From: Candidatus Micrarchaeia archaeon
GTDB lineage: Archaea > Micrarchaeota > Micrarchaeia > Micrarchaeales > CABMGC01
Reading direction: 5' to 3'
DNA length: 44,299 bases
NCBI GenBank assembly: GCA_049976305.1
Contig: JBMFIM010000006.1
Location: forward strand, 1 to 44,299
Positions 1-8,916 of this stretch are shown here, one piece after another. Numbering within the stretch: position 1 is the stretch's first letter; each line of letters opens with the position of its first letter. A program made the position numbers and the translations under genes. The notes beneath the pieces were generated by a model, which worked only from the letters and a program-made list of their open reading frames with translations, was not told where the DNA came from and searched no databases.

Positions 1-105
1 GTTACTGTTGTTCCACTTCATAGAGAAATAAAGCTTGGTACGCTATTTGGTATATTGGAGTTAGGTAAAATTAGCAAAGAAGAATTCCTGAAAAGAACCA
101 AGTAA
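1..105 (+). CDS. hicA: HicA-family type II toxin, 3' part (truncated by window start)
   Basis: Not in the ORF track. Frame 1 reads VTVVPLHREIKLGTLFGILELGKISKEEFLKRTK*, matching the HicA C-terminal pattern (V.VP.H.E...GTL..IL......EEF). Confidence 0.75.
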   Translation, partial: VTVVPLHREIKLGTLFGILELGKISKEEFLKRTK

Positions 106-227
106 CTTGTTAGGGCTGGTGGCCATTGAACGGCAACGCCAACGACTACAGCGGCAACGGCAACAACGGCGTGCCAAGCAACGTTATGTTTGTGAGCAAC
201 TGGTGGTCTGGCTACACGCCGCCGTGA
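106..227 (+). repeat. Orphan copy A of the 3' end of the pilin-LamG gene (GWWPLNGNANDYSGNGNNGVPSNVMFVSNWWSGYTPP*)
   Basis: Aligns with 15154-15273 with 6 substitutions and a 2-nt insertion near its 5' end; has no start of its own; abuts the hicA stop codon. Confidence 0.95.
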
Positions 228-282
228 TTGCTGGTACTGTAACATATTTTATTTCTTTTCTGCTTAATCTTGTTGTGGCCTT

Positions 283-1752
283 ATGCAGAACGACGTCTAT
301 GAGATTGTAGCAAGGAGGGGCGTATTTTTCAGAGCTTTCAGCATATACAACGAAGTCGGCGGCTTCTATGACTTTGGCCCTATAGGCTTCAGGATAAGGA
401 AGAATATAGAGGCTGCTTGGAGAGATGTGTTTGTAAAGAAGACAGGTGCATATGAGGTAGAAACATCCCTTATCGTTTCAGAGCCTGTGCTTACTGCCAG
501 CGGCCACCTCTCAACGTTTACAGACCCTATAACTTATTGCGAGGTCTGCGGAACTCCTTACAGGGCAGACAAGCTTATTGAGAGCTATTTTGAGAAGAAT
601 GGAATGATTGAAGAGGCAGGCAATGTAAAGAAGGAAAATATTGATGAACTGGAAAAGCAGCTGAAGAGCTTGCCTATAAAATGCGAGAAATGCGGGAACA
701 GGAAATTTTCAAAAATAGAGAAATTCAACCTAGTGTTCAAGACTCAAGTAGGGCCCACAGGCAAGGAGCCCGCTTACTTGAGGCCAGAGACCGCTCAGGG
801 CATATTCGTAGATTTCTATTCCCTTTACCAAGCATATAGCCCAAAGCTTCCTTTTCTTGTTGCTCAAGCAGGCAAGTCTTTCAGGAATGAGATCTCGCCA
901 AGGCAGCAGCTTATCAGGCAAAGGGAGTTCGGCCAGATGGAGCTTGAGCTGTTCTTCGACCCTGAAGAAGGCGCAGCAGGCGAAATTGGCGTTTACAATT
1001 TGCCAAGCCTGCTCAATGAGGAAATCAATTTTGTGAAAGCAGGAAGCGAAGAGGCTAAAAAAGAGAGCCTCGCAAGCTTGCTAAGCTCGGGGCTAATACC
1101 ACACGCCTATATGGCATTACTTCTGTTTCTGGAGAAGAAGCTTATTGGCATTTTAGGAATAAAAGATGAGGAATACAGGTTTAGGCAGCTTGAGCCAGAG
1201 GAGCTGCCACACTATTCCAAGGGCAACATAGACCTCGAGGTTAGGACAAGTTACGGCTTTATAGAGGTAGCAGGCAACGCCTACAGGTCTGATTATGACC
1301 TAGGTCAGCATGCCAAGCTTAGCGGCAAAGATTTGAGGATAAATGTAAACGGAAAGAAGGTGCTTCCTCATGTTGTCGAAGCGAGTATGGGCCTAGACAG
1401 GCTTCTTATTGCTATGCTAGAGCACTCTTGGCAGAAGGGCGAAGACCGTGGATGGGCCTGGCTTAAGCTGCCTGAAAGCATAGCGCCTTATCGCTATGCC
1501 GTTTTTCCTTTGCAAAAGGACGATAAGCTTTTGGCGAAAGCAAAGGAAATATACAAGCACCTGCTCGAGCAGGGCGTAGACTGCTACTACTCAGAAACAG
1601 GCAGCATAGGCAAGCGCTATGCAAAAGCCGATGAGATAGGCGTACCTTATTGCGTGACAATAGACTACACCACGCTGGAAGATGATACAGTAACCATAAG
1701 GAACAGGGATACAACCCAGCAGGTAAGGAAAGAGGCATATGCAATACAATAA
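283..1752 (+). CDS. glyS: Glycyl-tRNA synthetase (class II, archaeal/eukaryotic type)
   Basis: GFYDFGPIG, YLRPETAQGIF, GKSFRNEISPRQQLIRQREFGQME, PHVVEASMGLDR, and anticodon-binding domain GSIGKRYAKADEIGVPYCVTID. Confidence 0.97.
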   Translation: MQNDVYEIVARRGVFFRAFSIYNEVGGFYDFGPIGFRIRKNIEAAWRDVFVKKTGAYEVETSLIVSEPVLTASGHLSTFTDPITYCEVCGTPYRADKLIESYFEKNGMIEEAGNVKKENIDELEKQLKSLPIKCEKCGNRKFSKIEKFNLVFKTQVGPTGKEPAYLRPETAQGIFVDFYSLYQAYSPKLPFLVAQAGKSFRNEISPRQQLIRQREFGQMELELFFDPEEGAAGEIGVYNLPSLLNEEINFVKAGSEEAKKESLASLLSSGLIPHAYMALLLFLEKKLIGILGIKDEEYRFRQLEPEELPHYSKGNIDLEVRTSYGFIEVAGNAYRSDYDLGQHAKLSGKDLRINVNGKKVLPHVVEASMGLDRLLIAMLEHSWQKGEDRGWAWLKLPESIAPYRYAVFPLQKDDKLLAKAKEIYKHLLEQGVDCYYSETGSIGKRYAKADEIGVPYCVTIDYTTLEDDTVTIRNRDTTQQVRKEAYAIQ

Positions 1753-2617
1753 GCTCTTTGTTTCTGATTTTTCCCTACTGCACACCTATTCCAGCGGCCA
1801 AACTCTCAACTTTGCAGGCACCCTTGAGCAAAAGAAATACTTCCTCCACCTTTCCGCAACTACTCCCTATTCAGCTTTTGACATAAATTATGCGGCATCA
1901 GGCGATGCAAGTGGCACTTTGTATTGGCGCTACAAAGGCCTTCTTGGCGAAAAAGAGGCAGAGGAGGAGCTCAAGCAGCTTCTCGGTGTGCACACCGGCG
2001 TTCGCAGCATATACTCAAAGCTAGAAAAGGACATGCTCCTCAAAAAGGCTATAGAGGAATTTTACGGCATGCGTGTAGTAAAAGCAGACCCTTGGCAGAC
2101 TGCTGTGTGTTTCATTGTCTCGCAGTTCAACAACATAAAGAGAATAAGCAAGATAATAGGCATGCTCATAAACAAGTTTGGCAAGGCTGAGAATGGCGCA
2201 AAGCTTTTCCCGTCTCCAGAGTCTATCGCAAGAGCGAGCAAAGCCTCGCTGCTTGCATGCGGCCTGGGATTCAGGGCTTCTTATCTCAAAGACTTCGCTA
2301 GTGGCATAGTTGAGGGGTTCGACCTTTCAAGCTTGTACAAGCTTGGCTATGAAGAAGCGAAGAAGGAGCTTATGCAGTTCAAAGGCATAGGGGACAAGGT
2401 TGCAGACTGTATTCTGCTTTTTGGCTACGGCAAGCTCGAAGCGTTTCCTGTAGATACTTGGATAAAGCGTATTGTGGAAAAGGAGTATTTGCATAGGCGT
2501 TCAAGCCTTAAGCAGATTCACGAGTTTGCAGCCAGGCGCTTTGGCAGCTTGGCAGGCTATGCCCAGCAATACCTATTTCAATATGCAAGAGAAAGTGGAT
2601 TGTATGCAAGACGTTGA
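1739..2617 (+). CDS. 8-oxoguanine DNA glycosylase/AP lyase (OGG1-like HhH-GPD family)
   Basis: DPWQTAVCFIVSQFNNIKRI, CGLGFRA, HhH motif LMQFKGIGDKVADC, AFPVDTWI, AGYAQQYLF. Confidence 0.9.
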   Translation: MQYNKLFVSDFSLLHTYSSGQTLNFAGTLEQKKYFLHLSATTPYSAFDINYAASGDASGTLYWRYKGLLGEKEAEEELKQLLGVHTGVRSIYSKLEKDMLLKKAIEEFYGMRVVKADPWQTAVCFIVSQFNNIKRISKIIGMLINKFGKAENGAKLFPSPESIARASKASLLACGLGFRASYLKDFASGIVEGFDLSSLYKLGYEEAKKELMQFKGIGDKVADCILLFGYGKLEAFPVDTWIKRIVEKEYLHRRSSLKQIHEFAARRFGSLAGYAQQYLFQYARESGLYARR

Positions 2618-3161
2618 GAAAATAGAAAGGAGGCTTGAGGAGCTTCAAAAGAGAAAGGATGAGGTAGACGAGCTTTCAAGAGAGGTAATAAGGAACGCGG
2701 GCAAGGCAGTAGTGCTTGTCCACGCTGGCAGGCTCGACATGGCAAAGAAGCAGCTTGAAAAGCTAAGGCAAATGCTGGCAAGGCTTAAAAAAATCGATAA
2801 AGGCTTCGAGTACTATTCGCAACAGGCAAAGCAGGAATATGCAGAAGCTTTGGCCTTCTACGTCTTTGCAAAGGAGAAAAGGCTTGCGAGCCTGGCAGAA
2901 TCTGGAGTAGATGAAGCTTCTTACCTTCTTGGCATGCTAGACCTAGTAGGGGAGCTTAAGAGGCACGCTGTTGACGCACTAAGGAAAAAAGATGCCGGCA
3001 CTGCTGAGCTTTGCTACAAGGCCATGAGCGACATTTACGACTCTACATTGCATTTGAAGTTTGCAAGCGCAATAGTGCCTGAGCTTAGGAGGAAGCAGGA
3101 CACTGCCAGGATACAGCTGGAGAGTGTTGCAAACGAGCTTTTGGCAGCAAATAATCCATAA
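2604..3161 (+). CDS. Translin/TRAX (C3PO)-like protein
   Basis: LSREVIRNAG, QEYAEALAF, YLLGMLDLVGELKR, LRRKQD. Start placed at ATG 2604, overlapping the upstream stop. Confidence 0.88.
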   Translation: MQDVEKIERRLEELQKRKDEVDELSREVIRNAGKAVVLVHAGRLDMAKKQLEKLRQMLARLKKIDKGFEYYSQQAKQEYAEALAFYVFAKEKRLASLAESGVDEASYLLGMLDLVGELKRHAVDALRKKDAGTAELCYKAMSDIYDSTLHLKFASAIVPELRRKQDTARIQLESVANELLAANNP

Positions 3162-3201
3162 ATATTATAAATCTTAACATTGTTGTTAAAAACGTGGTAA
3201 T

Positions 3202-3705
3202 ATGAATTGGCGACCAAAGGGCAAGAAAGCCCAAAGCGCAATGGAATACCTCATGACCTATGGCTGGGCAATACTCATAATTGCAGTAGTGCTCGGCGCA
3301 CTGTTCAGCCTCGGCGTATTCAGCAGCAGCTCTTTCCTCGGCACAGCCTGCATCCCTCAGTCAGGATACATGTGCAGCAACCCTATATTTCAACACGGAG
3401 TTGGACTGAAGCTTACATTGGGGCAAGCAACAGGAACTAGCTGGACAAGTGCTACTTTTTGTGTAATTCCTACCGGCGCATCATTACCTAGTTCAGGTTG
3501 CGGAAAATATGCAGCCAACACATCAAGCACAGGTCTGAATTCAGGACAAACAGTTACTCTTCTGTTTACAAATGATACTTTAGCATCGTTAACATCGTAT
3601 CCAATTGGGGCAGGATTCTCCGGGCAAGTATGGGCTTACTACAGCACTTCAACGAGCTCAAACCTCATGACAGAAATCGGCACAGTAACCGCAAAAGTGT
3701 CATAA
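3202..3705 (+). CDS. Type IV pilin-like protein with class III signal peptide
   Basis: KKAQ/SAMEYLMTYGWAILIIAVVLGALF class III signal followed by a short S/T/G-rich domain with 4 Cys. Confidence 0.9.
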   Translation: MNWRPKGKKAQSAMEYLMTYGWAILIIAVVLGALFSLGVFSSSSFLGTACIPQSGYMCSNPIFQHGVGLKLTLGQATGTSWTSATFCVIPTGASLPSSGCGKYAANTSSTGLNSGQTVTLLFTNDTLASLTSYPIGAGFSGQVWAYYSTSTSSNLMTEIGTVTAKVS

Positions 3706-3712
3706 ATACGTT

Positions 3713-4633
3713 TTAATTTTCTTTATTTTTATTTCCTTTTTCTTCTAAAATTAGCATTAGCTCGTCAGGGCTTATTAGGGGCTTTCTCAGCCTGTCCTGG
3801 TCCTCTGTAACAAGCCTCGGGCATGCAGTATTGACAAAGGCGTCTATTTCAAGCATGTTGTTTAATGAGTCGAAGTCGAAGGTGTTTGCTAGCAAAACAA
3901 CTGCTTGCATGCCTTTGCTCTCTATTTTCTTTTTCAAGATATTTGCCAGAGCAAGGTTGTATTGGCCTATTTTTGTGCTAACCAAGATGCCAAACCTTCT
4001 TGCCGACGCAGCCCTAGCAATTCTAGCCTTCTTTTTGCTTTCTTCCTCATTTCTAAGGTAGTCTATTTGTTCTATTCTGCCTTGAAAGGGATCGATGACA
4101 AAGAAGGGCTTTGTTGTCGACAGTAAAGCGCCTACCGGGTGGAAAAGCCCGCCGCCAAAATAAACGAAGGCATCTACCTGCTTGTCAAGCGACGCTACGT
4201 TGCCTACGTCGCAGCCAAGGATCTGGCCTTCATGCTTTGCAAACCCGTTCGGCTTGTTGAAGAATATTTGCTTGCCATTTTGCTCATAAAAGGCCTTTAT
4301 GCCCTGGAGCTGGTGAATGTGCTGTATGGTAGTGAGTATGCATAGCTTCTGGTAAGGCTTCAGCAATTCCAAGGACTTTGGCAAAAGGTCCAAGCTGGCA
4401 GTTATGTGGTACTCCACGTACTCTACGTTGAAATCTACATGCTTGAACTCTGCATGACCGAAGTGCACAAGCTTGTCTGCTCCTATTTTCTTTGCCTCAT
4501 CTATCGCCAAGTCGCATGCGCCGAAGCTTGGCTCGGCTGAAACATAAACCTCGTTTCCCTCTTTTTCAAGCCTCTCCGCATATTGCATTGCGTATTGCTT
4601 CAATCCTTCTGGGAATTGCAGCAGAATTCGCAT
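3713..4633 (-). CDS. dph2: Diphthamide biosynthesis enzyme Dph2
   Basis: LQFPEGLK, FGACDL, LVHFGH, GQILGCD, GGGLFHP, NTACPRL (three Fe-S Cys). Confidence 0.96.
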   Translation of the reverse strand: MRILLQFPEGLKQYAMQYAERLEKEGNEVYVSAEPSFGACDLAIDEAKKIGADKLVHFGHAEFKHVDFNVEYVEYHITASLDLLPKSLELLKPYQKLCILTTIQHIHQLQGIKAFYEQNGKQIFFNKPNGFAKHEGQILGCDVGNVASLDKQVDAFVYFGGGLFHPVGALLSTTKPFFVIDPFQGRIEQIDYLRNEEESKKKARIARAASARRFGILVSTKIGQYNLALANILKKKIESKGMQAVVLLANTFDFDSLNNMLEIDAFVNTACPRLVTEDQDRLRKPLISPDELMLILEEKGNKNKEN

Positions 4634-4640
4634 CTTTAAA

Positions 4641-5228
4641 TCAGCCTGCTACTTCATCGCTTTCGCTGGGCAAGATCTGGCTTGCCTGCTGGCTAGGATT
4701 AGGCTTAAGCTCTTCTATGTGTATAGCGTACTTGCCAGATAGCTTTTTTATTGCCCGCTCTAGTGCAATCTTCGCCTTTTTCCTGTTTGCTGAGAATGTC
4801 CTAAGCACAAATACCTTCGTGCCCTCTTTTACCCTTGCAGCAACACCTACAGGCTTGCCGAATGTCATCGACATTCCTTGCGAAAGCCTGTCTGCTCCTG
4901 CAGCGGTTGCGAACCTCTTTTCCCTCAGCACATGGTGTGGATATGTCACAACGTAGAAGTAGTAATTGCCCGGCAACTCCTTTTCAAGATATTTGTTTGC
5001 AACCTGCCTAGCCGCTTCTAGAGCGTTTGACCTAAGCTGAATGTCCTGCTTTGAGACAAGGCTAAGCTCTAGGTCGTACTCTGGCTTATTGGTGCCCATA
5101 TTGAATATTAGCAAGCTAGTCCTGGGCAAGGCCTTTATGTAGTTCTTTCTAGGCTTCCTTATCGAGTACCTCGTCCAAGGCTGGGTAGCGTCAATGTTCC
5201 TTACAGACCTTCCTGGCCTTATCTTCAT
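4641..5228 (-). CDS. rpl10e: 50S ribosomal protein uL16 (L10e)
   Basis: ALEAARQVANKYL, YPHHVLRE, AGADRLSQGMSMTFGKPVGVAARV. Confidence 0.96.
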   Translation of the reverse strand: MKIRPGRSVRNIDATQPWTRYSIRKPRKNYIKALPRTSLLIFNMGTNKPEYDLELSLVSKQDIQLRSNALEAARQVANKYLEKELPGNYYFYVVTYPHHVLREKRFATAAGADRLSQGMSMTFGKPVGVAARVKEGTKVFVLRTFSANRKKAKIALERAIKKLSGKYAIHIEELKPNPSQQASQILPSESDEVAG

Positions 5229-5421
5229 AAAACCACTATATTCTTTTTGTGGAGATACCTTTAATATTCTTCCTTTTCTTGCTCAGACTGTGCTTTTGCC
5301 TTGTTTGCTCGCCGGCCTATTTTTCTTTATCTTTGAAAACGAAGGTCTCTGTAGGTATTTACAAACATATTTAAATGTTTATCAAAGTAAAAAATGTTTA
5401 CTAGAGTATAAAAGTGAGAGC

Positions 5422-5721
5422 ATGGGCAAAACGAATTACCTCGGCCTTGGGCTATATCTCCTCGACATCGTTGCAACCCTGCAAAGCATACAGAACCTTC
5501 TCGCACATATAGGCCCGCTGCTTAGCGCCATACTTTTCACCATAGCGGGAATTTTCTTTGCCATAGCGCAGCTCTTTCCGGCTTACAAACGGGCTTCGAT
5601 GCATTCAACAGCTGCAGACATACTAGTTGGCGCAATAATTGTCGGCGTATTGTCGCTTGCATCTAACGGCTTGGCTGTGGCATCTACGCATTTGCTCATT
5701 AACAACACAAACACCATATAG
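5422..5721 (+). CDS. Small two-TM membrane protein, VirB2/TrbC/CedA1-pilin-like
   Basis: 99 aa from ATG 5422; two hydrophobic helices split by a short basic loop (PAYKRAS); first gene of an operon with VirB4-like ATPases. Confidence 0.55.
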   Translation: MGKTNYLGLGLYLLDIVATLQSIQNLLAHIGPLLSAILFTIAGIFFAIAQLFPAYKRASMHSTAADILVGAIIVGVLSLASNGLAVASTHLLINNTNTI

Positions 5722-5729
5722 GCGAAGCC

Positions 5730-6707
5730 ATGCAGGCTTTTGGTCTTTACGGCTATAGCGTGTCTGTGCTTGTAATAAGCATAATGCTTGGCATAGCAGG
5801 CATAGCCTTGGGTCTTGGCTTTGCACTTGACAACAAGAAACTCAAGGAGTTTGGCAAGAATGAAATGATGCAAAGCGTCTTCAACGGCTTGCTTGTTGGA
5901 TCTTTGATGGCCCTTTTCTCAGCCAACGGCATTGTGAGCATGATGTTAAACGGAATAAGTATGCAGGCCAACACTTCGCTAAGTTGCCCATTGCTTTTGC
6001 AATCTAACAAAGCCATGTGCGTAGCATACGACTATCTTGTATCGCCAACGCCGTATACATTCATGGGAAGCACCAACATGTCTATACTTGAGCTTTCCTC
6101 CATACTGCTAGGGGTCCTCTATGGCGTATACGCCTTGCTAGGCCTTGCAAGCATATTCCTTGCGCCACTGCTTTCGCAGATAAAATACGCTTCGCAGCTT
6201 GTCGCCACAATAGCGATCAGCGCTTCCCTGCAGTCTTCTTTCATACTCTTTGCAGCAGCTACGGCGATAGCAGTAATACTGCCGCTTGGCATGGTGCTCA
6301 GGACTTTTTACCTTACACGCAAGCTGGGAAGCTTTCTCATTGCCTTTGCAATAGGCATATATGTGGTACTGCCCCTCTCTTATGTCTTCAATGCTTATGT
6401 TGCAAATGGCTACATATCTCAATTGCCTGCAGAGCTAAGCCAGCTTTCACAGATAAGCACCTATACCGCCTATGCCAATGCGCTTAGCTCAAACACAATA
6501 CCTGGGAGGATTTATTCACTAATAGAATCAGGCATGGGCATAATTGTAGGATTTATCGAGAAAGTGTTCGGAATATTGGCATATCTTGTGCTTTATGCCT
6601 TTGTCTTGCCGCTCTTTAGCCTCGTGCTTACAGCAATAAGTATAAAAGAGCTTGCTTCTGCAATGGGCTCCGATGCCGGCGTGCTCGATAGGCTTAGGTT
6701 GATTTGA
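5730..6707 (+). CDS. Polytopic membrane protein, CedA/VirB6-like
   Basis: About 7 hydrophobic segments; ILPLGMVLRTFYLTRKLGSFLIAFAIGIYVVLP resembles the archaeal CedA-like channel motif; operon context. Confidence 0.55.
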   Translation: MQAFGLYGYSVSVLVISIMLGIAGIALGLGFALDNKKLKEFGKNEMMQSVFNGLLVGSLMALFSANGIVSMMLNGISMQANTSLSCPLLLQSNKAMCVAYDYLVSPTPYTFMGSTNMSILELSSILLGVLYGVYALLGLASIFLAPLLSQIKYASQLVATIAISASLQSSFILFAAATAIAVILPLGMVLRTFYLTRKLGSFLIAFAIGIYVVLPLSYVFNAYVANGYISQLPAELSQLSQISTYTAYANALSSNTIPGRIYSLIESGMGIIVGFIEKVFGILAYLVLYAFVLPLFSLVLTAISIKELASAMGSDAGVLDRLRLI

Positions 6708-7240
6708 TGCATGTGCTAGAGAGCATTCTTAGTGCGAAAAGGCGCATAGCCATGTTCAATGCTTCTTGCTTGGTAAAAGAGCTCGGCAATGAGTACATGG
6801 CAATGGGCGCAATGGAGCTTAGCATAAATAACGCAGAGAGGGAACGTATAGAAGGCGTTCTTGCATCAGCAGGTTTCGATATTGAGTATGTATTGAAGAT
6901 AGAGCACGCCGATGCAAGCAAGATTAGGGAGGAGCTTGAGTACAAGAAGCAGCTCAAAGAGCTCAAGCTTGCAAAGGCAAGCTATCCCAAGCAAAATGAG
7001 CTTAGGAAGCAGATCGAGGTGATAAATGGCGAGCTTGAGAGCATAGGCGATTCGAGGCCTTTGCTTGCAAGGGTTTTTGTCAAAGTGTTTGCAAAGGAGC
7101 CTTCAGCAGCACTCGCAGCAAAGCAAGTAATTGCAAATGCCGAAAACCTAGCCAATGAGCTTGCGGGTATTGAAGGAATAGAGTGCAGAATGCTGAAAGG
7201 AAAAGAGCTAGAGGCGCTATTCTGTGTTGGCAACGCATAA
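6704..7240 (+). CDS. Hypothetical protein, resembles a VirB4 N-terminal region
   Basis: Start/stop overlap with the upstream gene; coiled coil followed by ARVFVKVFAKE...LANELAGIEGIECRMLKGKELEALF; overlaps the next ATPase by 17 nt. Confidence 0.6.
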   Translation: MMHVLESILSAKRRIAMFNASCLVKELGNEYMAMGAMELSINNAERERIEGVLASAGFDIEYVLKIEHADASKIREELEYKKQLKELKLAKASYPKQNELRKQIEVINGELESIGDSRPLLARVFVKVFAKEPSAALAAKQVIANAENLANELAGIEGIECRMLKGKELEALFCVGNA

Positions 7241-8252
7241 AAGCCTTGGTGGCATGATGCCTTTGCTGAACACTGTGTCAGAGTGCGAGCTGATATCGGG
7301 TCTGGCAAGCGGCATATACCTTGGCTTAGACGCCGATTTGCATAGGCCTACTTTTCTGGATTTTGAAAAGCTTGTAAACCCTCATGTTTTCGTATGCGGC
7401 ATGAGCGGCAGCGGCAAGACGTTCTTGCTCAAAAGCCTAGCTGTAAAGCTTGCTTCCCTTCTTGGCATGCGCGTTTTCTGCATAGACTTTACTGGCGAGT
7501 ATTCAGGCCTTGAGGAATATGGAATAGAGCGCATAGACCTCTCTTCGCTTGATGAGGAAAAGAAGAAGGAGCTTGCAGACAAGGCCTTGGAAAGCATAGT
7601 AAAAGGGATGAGGAAAAGGGGAATGAGCAAGCTCAACACCTTTGTTGTTCTTGACGAGTCTTGGAAGCTTGTGAAGAGCTCAGCCTACTTCAACTCATTG
7701 CTGCGCGAAGGAAGAAAATACGGCATAGGGGTCATAATGGCAACGCAGCTCATAGGAGACATGGAGCTTGGCATGCTTGACAACGTCTCGACGCTGTTCG
7801 TGTTCAGGTTGCAGAATGAAGACGAGCTCAATAAGCTAGCTGCAAGCTACAACCTTCCAGGGCAGCATATTAGAAAGGTGCAGTCTGCCGGCGTTGGCTC
7901 ATGCCTTGTTGTGATGCTTGGCAAAAGATCCAGCGCGCCCCAGCAGGTTTTTGTAGTGGAACGCGTCGCAGGCTATAAGACAAAAGAGTATGTGCGTTTG
8001 TACTTGGGTGGTGGAGTGTATGTAGAAGTTGACTTGGAGAAGTTTGGTAGCATGGCAAGCGCACTATGCAGCGAATGCGCTGCCACGCTTCTCGATCTTG
8101 CAAAGCAAAAGAAGACAATGGAAATAGACGAGATAGTGGCAATGCTTATGGAGCGTGTGCCAAGCCTGCAGATTATTGACTTCTTGAGAAAGCTCGGCAT
8201 CAAAGACGGAAGCATAGCCGACTCTTTTGCAAGGGTCTTGGCGGAAGAATGA
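7224..8252 (+). CDS. VirB4/HerA-like (DUF87) ATPase, CedB-like
   Basis: GIYLGLD...NPHVFVCGMSGSGKT (Walker A), IDFTGEY, VVLDESW (Walker B), LREGRKYGIGVIMATQ. Confidence 0.88.
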   Translation: MLATHKSLGGMMPLLNTVSECELISGLASGIYLGLDADLHRPTFLDFEKLVNPHVFVCGMSGSGKTFLLKSLAVKLASLLGMRVFCIDFTGEYSGLEEYGIERIDLSSLDEEKKKELADKALESIVKGMRKRGMSKLNTFVVLDESWKLVKSSAYFNSLLREGRKYGIGVIMATQLIGDMELGMLDNVSTLFVFRLQNEDELNKLAASYNLPGQHIRKVQSAGVGSCLVVMLGKRSSAPQQVFVVERVAGYKTKEYVRLYLGGGVYVEVDLEKFGSMASALCSECAATLLDLAKQKKTMEIDEIVAMLMERVPSLQIIDFLRKLGIKDGSIADSFARVLAEE

Positions 8253-8256
8253 GAGC

Positions 8257-8916
8257 ATGGAAGCATATCTAAAAAGTAGCATAAAGTTGCCTGCAAAGAT
8301 GGAGGCAAGCCTGGCAGAAGTGCAAGCTATTCTTTCAAACTATCCGAATCTCAAATTTGTGGGAAGAGGAAGCACGCTAAAATACATGATCGATGGGAAT
8401 GAGACAGGCCATTTCTTCCTGCTATCCATTTCAGAAGAAGAAATTGTGTTTGACATATTTTCAACGATTTCGCCCCTTTATTTCCTCAACGAATCTTTGT
8501 CAAAGCTCTTTGCCTTGCTTGAGGGCATATCGCAGCTATGCACAGTGGATCTGTCTAATTTGCTGCCATACTTAATCATGGCCTTGTCAAAGTCTCACAT
8601 CGAAGAGCGGTTTTTGAGCAATTCAGGAAGAGGATGCAGCGGAGGCGATGCCGCGAGGCTGCTTGCGCGCCGCATAATTTTACTTGAGAAGGAATTGGAA
8701 TCTGAACGTTTGGCAAGAAGAAAAGCGGAAGAATTTTTGCGCAAGGCAATTTTGCAGCTTGTTATAAGACGTTCAAGCAAGCAGAGCGTAGAAGATTTGG
8801 CGAGCGCAGTAGGGCTCGAGCGAAAGCAGATAGAGAGCATGATTGCAGAACTGCCAAGCTATGGCTATAGGGCTATTTGGCTTGACAAGGACACATTCGA
8901 GGTTGTGGAAGCATGA
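8257..8916 (+). CDS. Hypothetical protein with coiled coil and C-terminal HTH-like segment
   Basis: ATG at 8257, 4 nt after the upstream stop; SVEDLASAVGLERKQIESMIAEL is HTH-like. Confidence 0.65.
   Translation: MEAYLKSSIKLPAKMEASLAEVQAILSNYPNLKFVGRGSTLKYMIDGNETGHFFLLSISEEEIVFDIFSTISPLYFLNESLSKLFALLEGISQLCTVDLSNLLPYLIMALSKSHIEERFLSNSGRGCSGGDAARLLARRIILLEKELESERLARRKAEEFLRKAILQLVIRRSSKQSVEDLASAVGLERKQIESMIAELPSYGYRAIWLDKDTFEVVEA

Noticed and set aside
106..227. AAC-rich repeat as a diversity-generating retroelement template for the LamG gene 3' end
   Set aside because: Differences from the gene copy are 3 A/G and 3 C/T plus an indel, so they are not adenine-specific; most AAC codons are unchanged; no reverse transcriptase in the window.
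107..310. 67-aa Q/R-rich ORF (and antisense 18-245)
   Set aside because: Out-of-frame and antisense readings of the pilin-LamG tail repeat.
2472..2603. N-terminal extension of the translin ORF
   Set aside because: Lies within the glycosylase gene; translin-like sequence begins near 2604.
5363..5380. AAACAT-ATTTAA-ATGTTT inverted repeat upstream of the Ced-like operon
   Set aside because: Only 6-bp arms in very AT-rich DNA; could arise by chance.
5194..5421. N-terminal extension of the 175-aa ORF 5194-5721
   Set aside because: It overlaps the divergent rpl10e start and spans an AT-rich promoter region; ATG 5422 is the better start.
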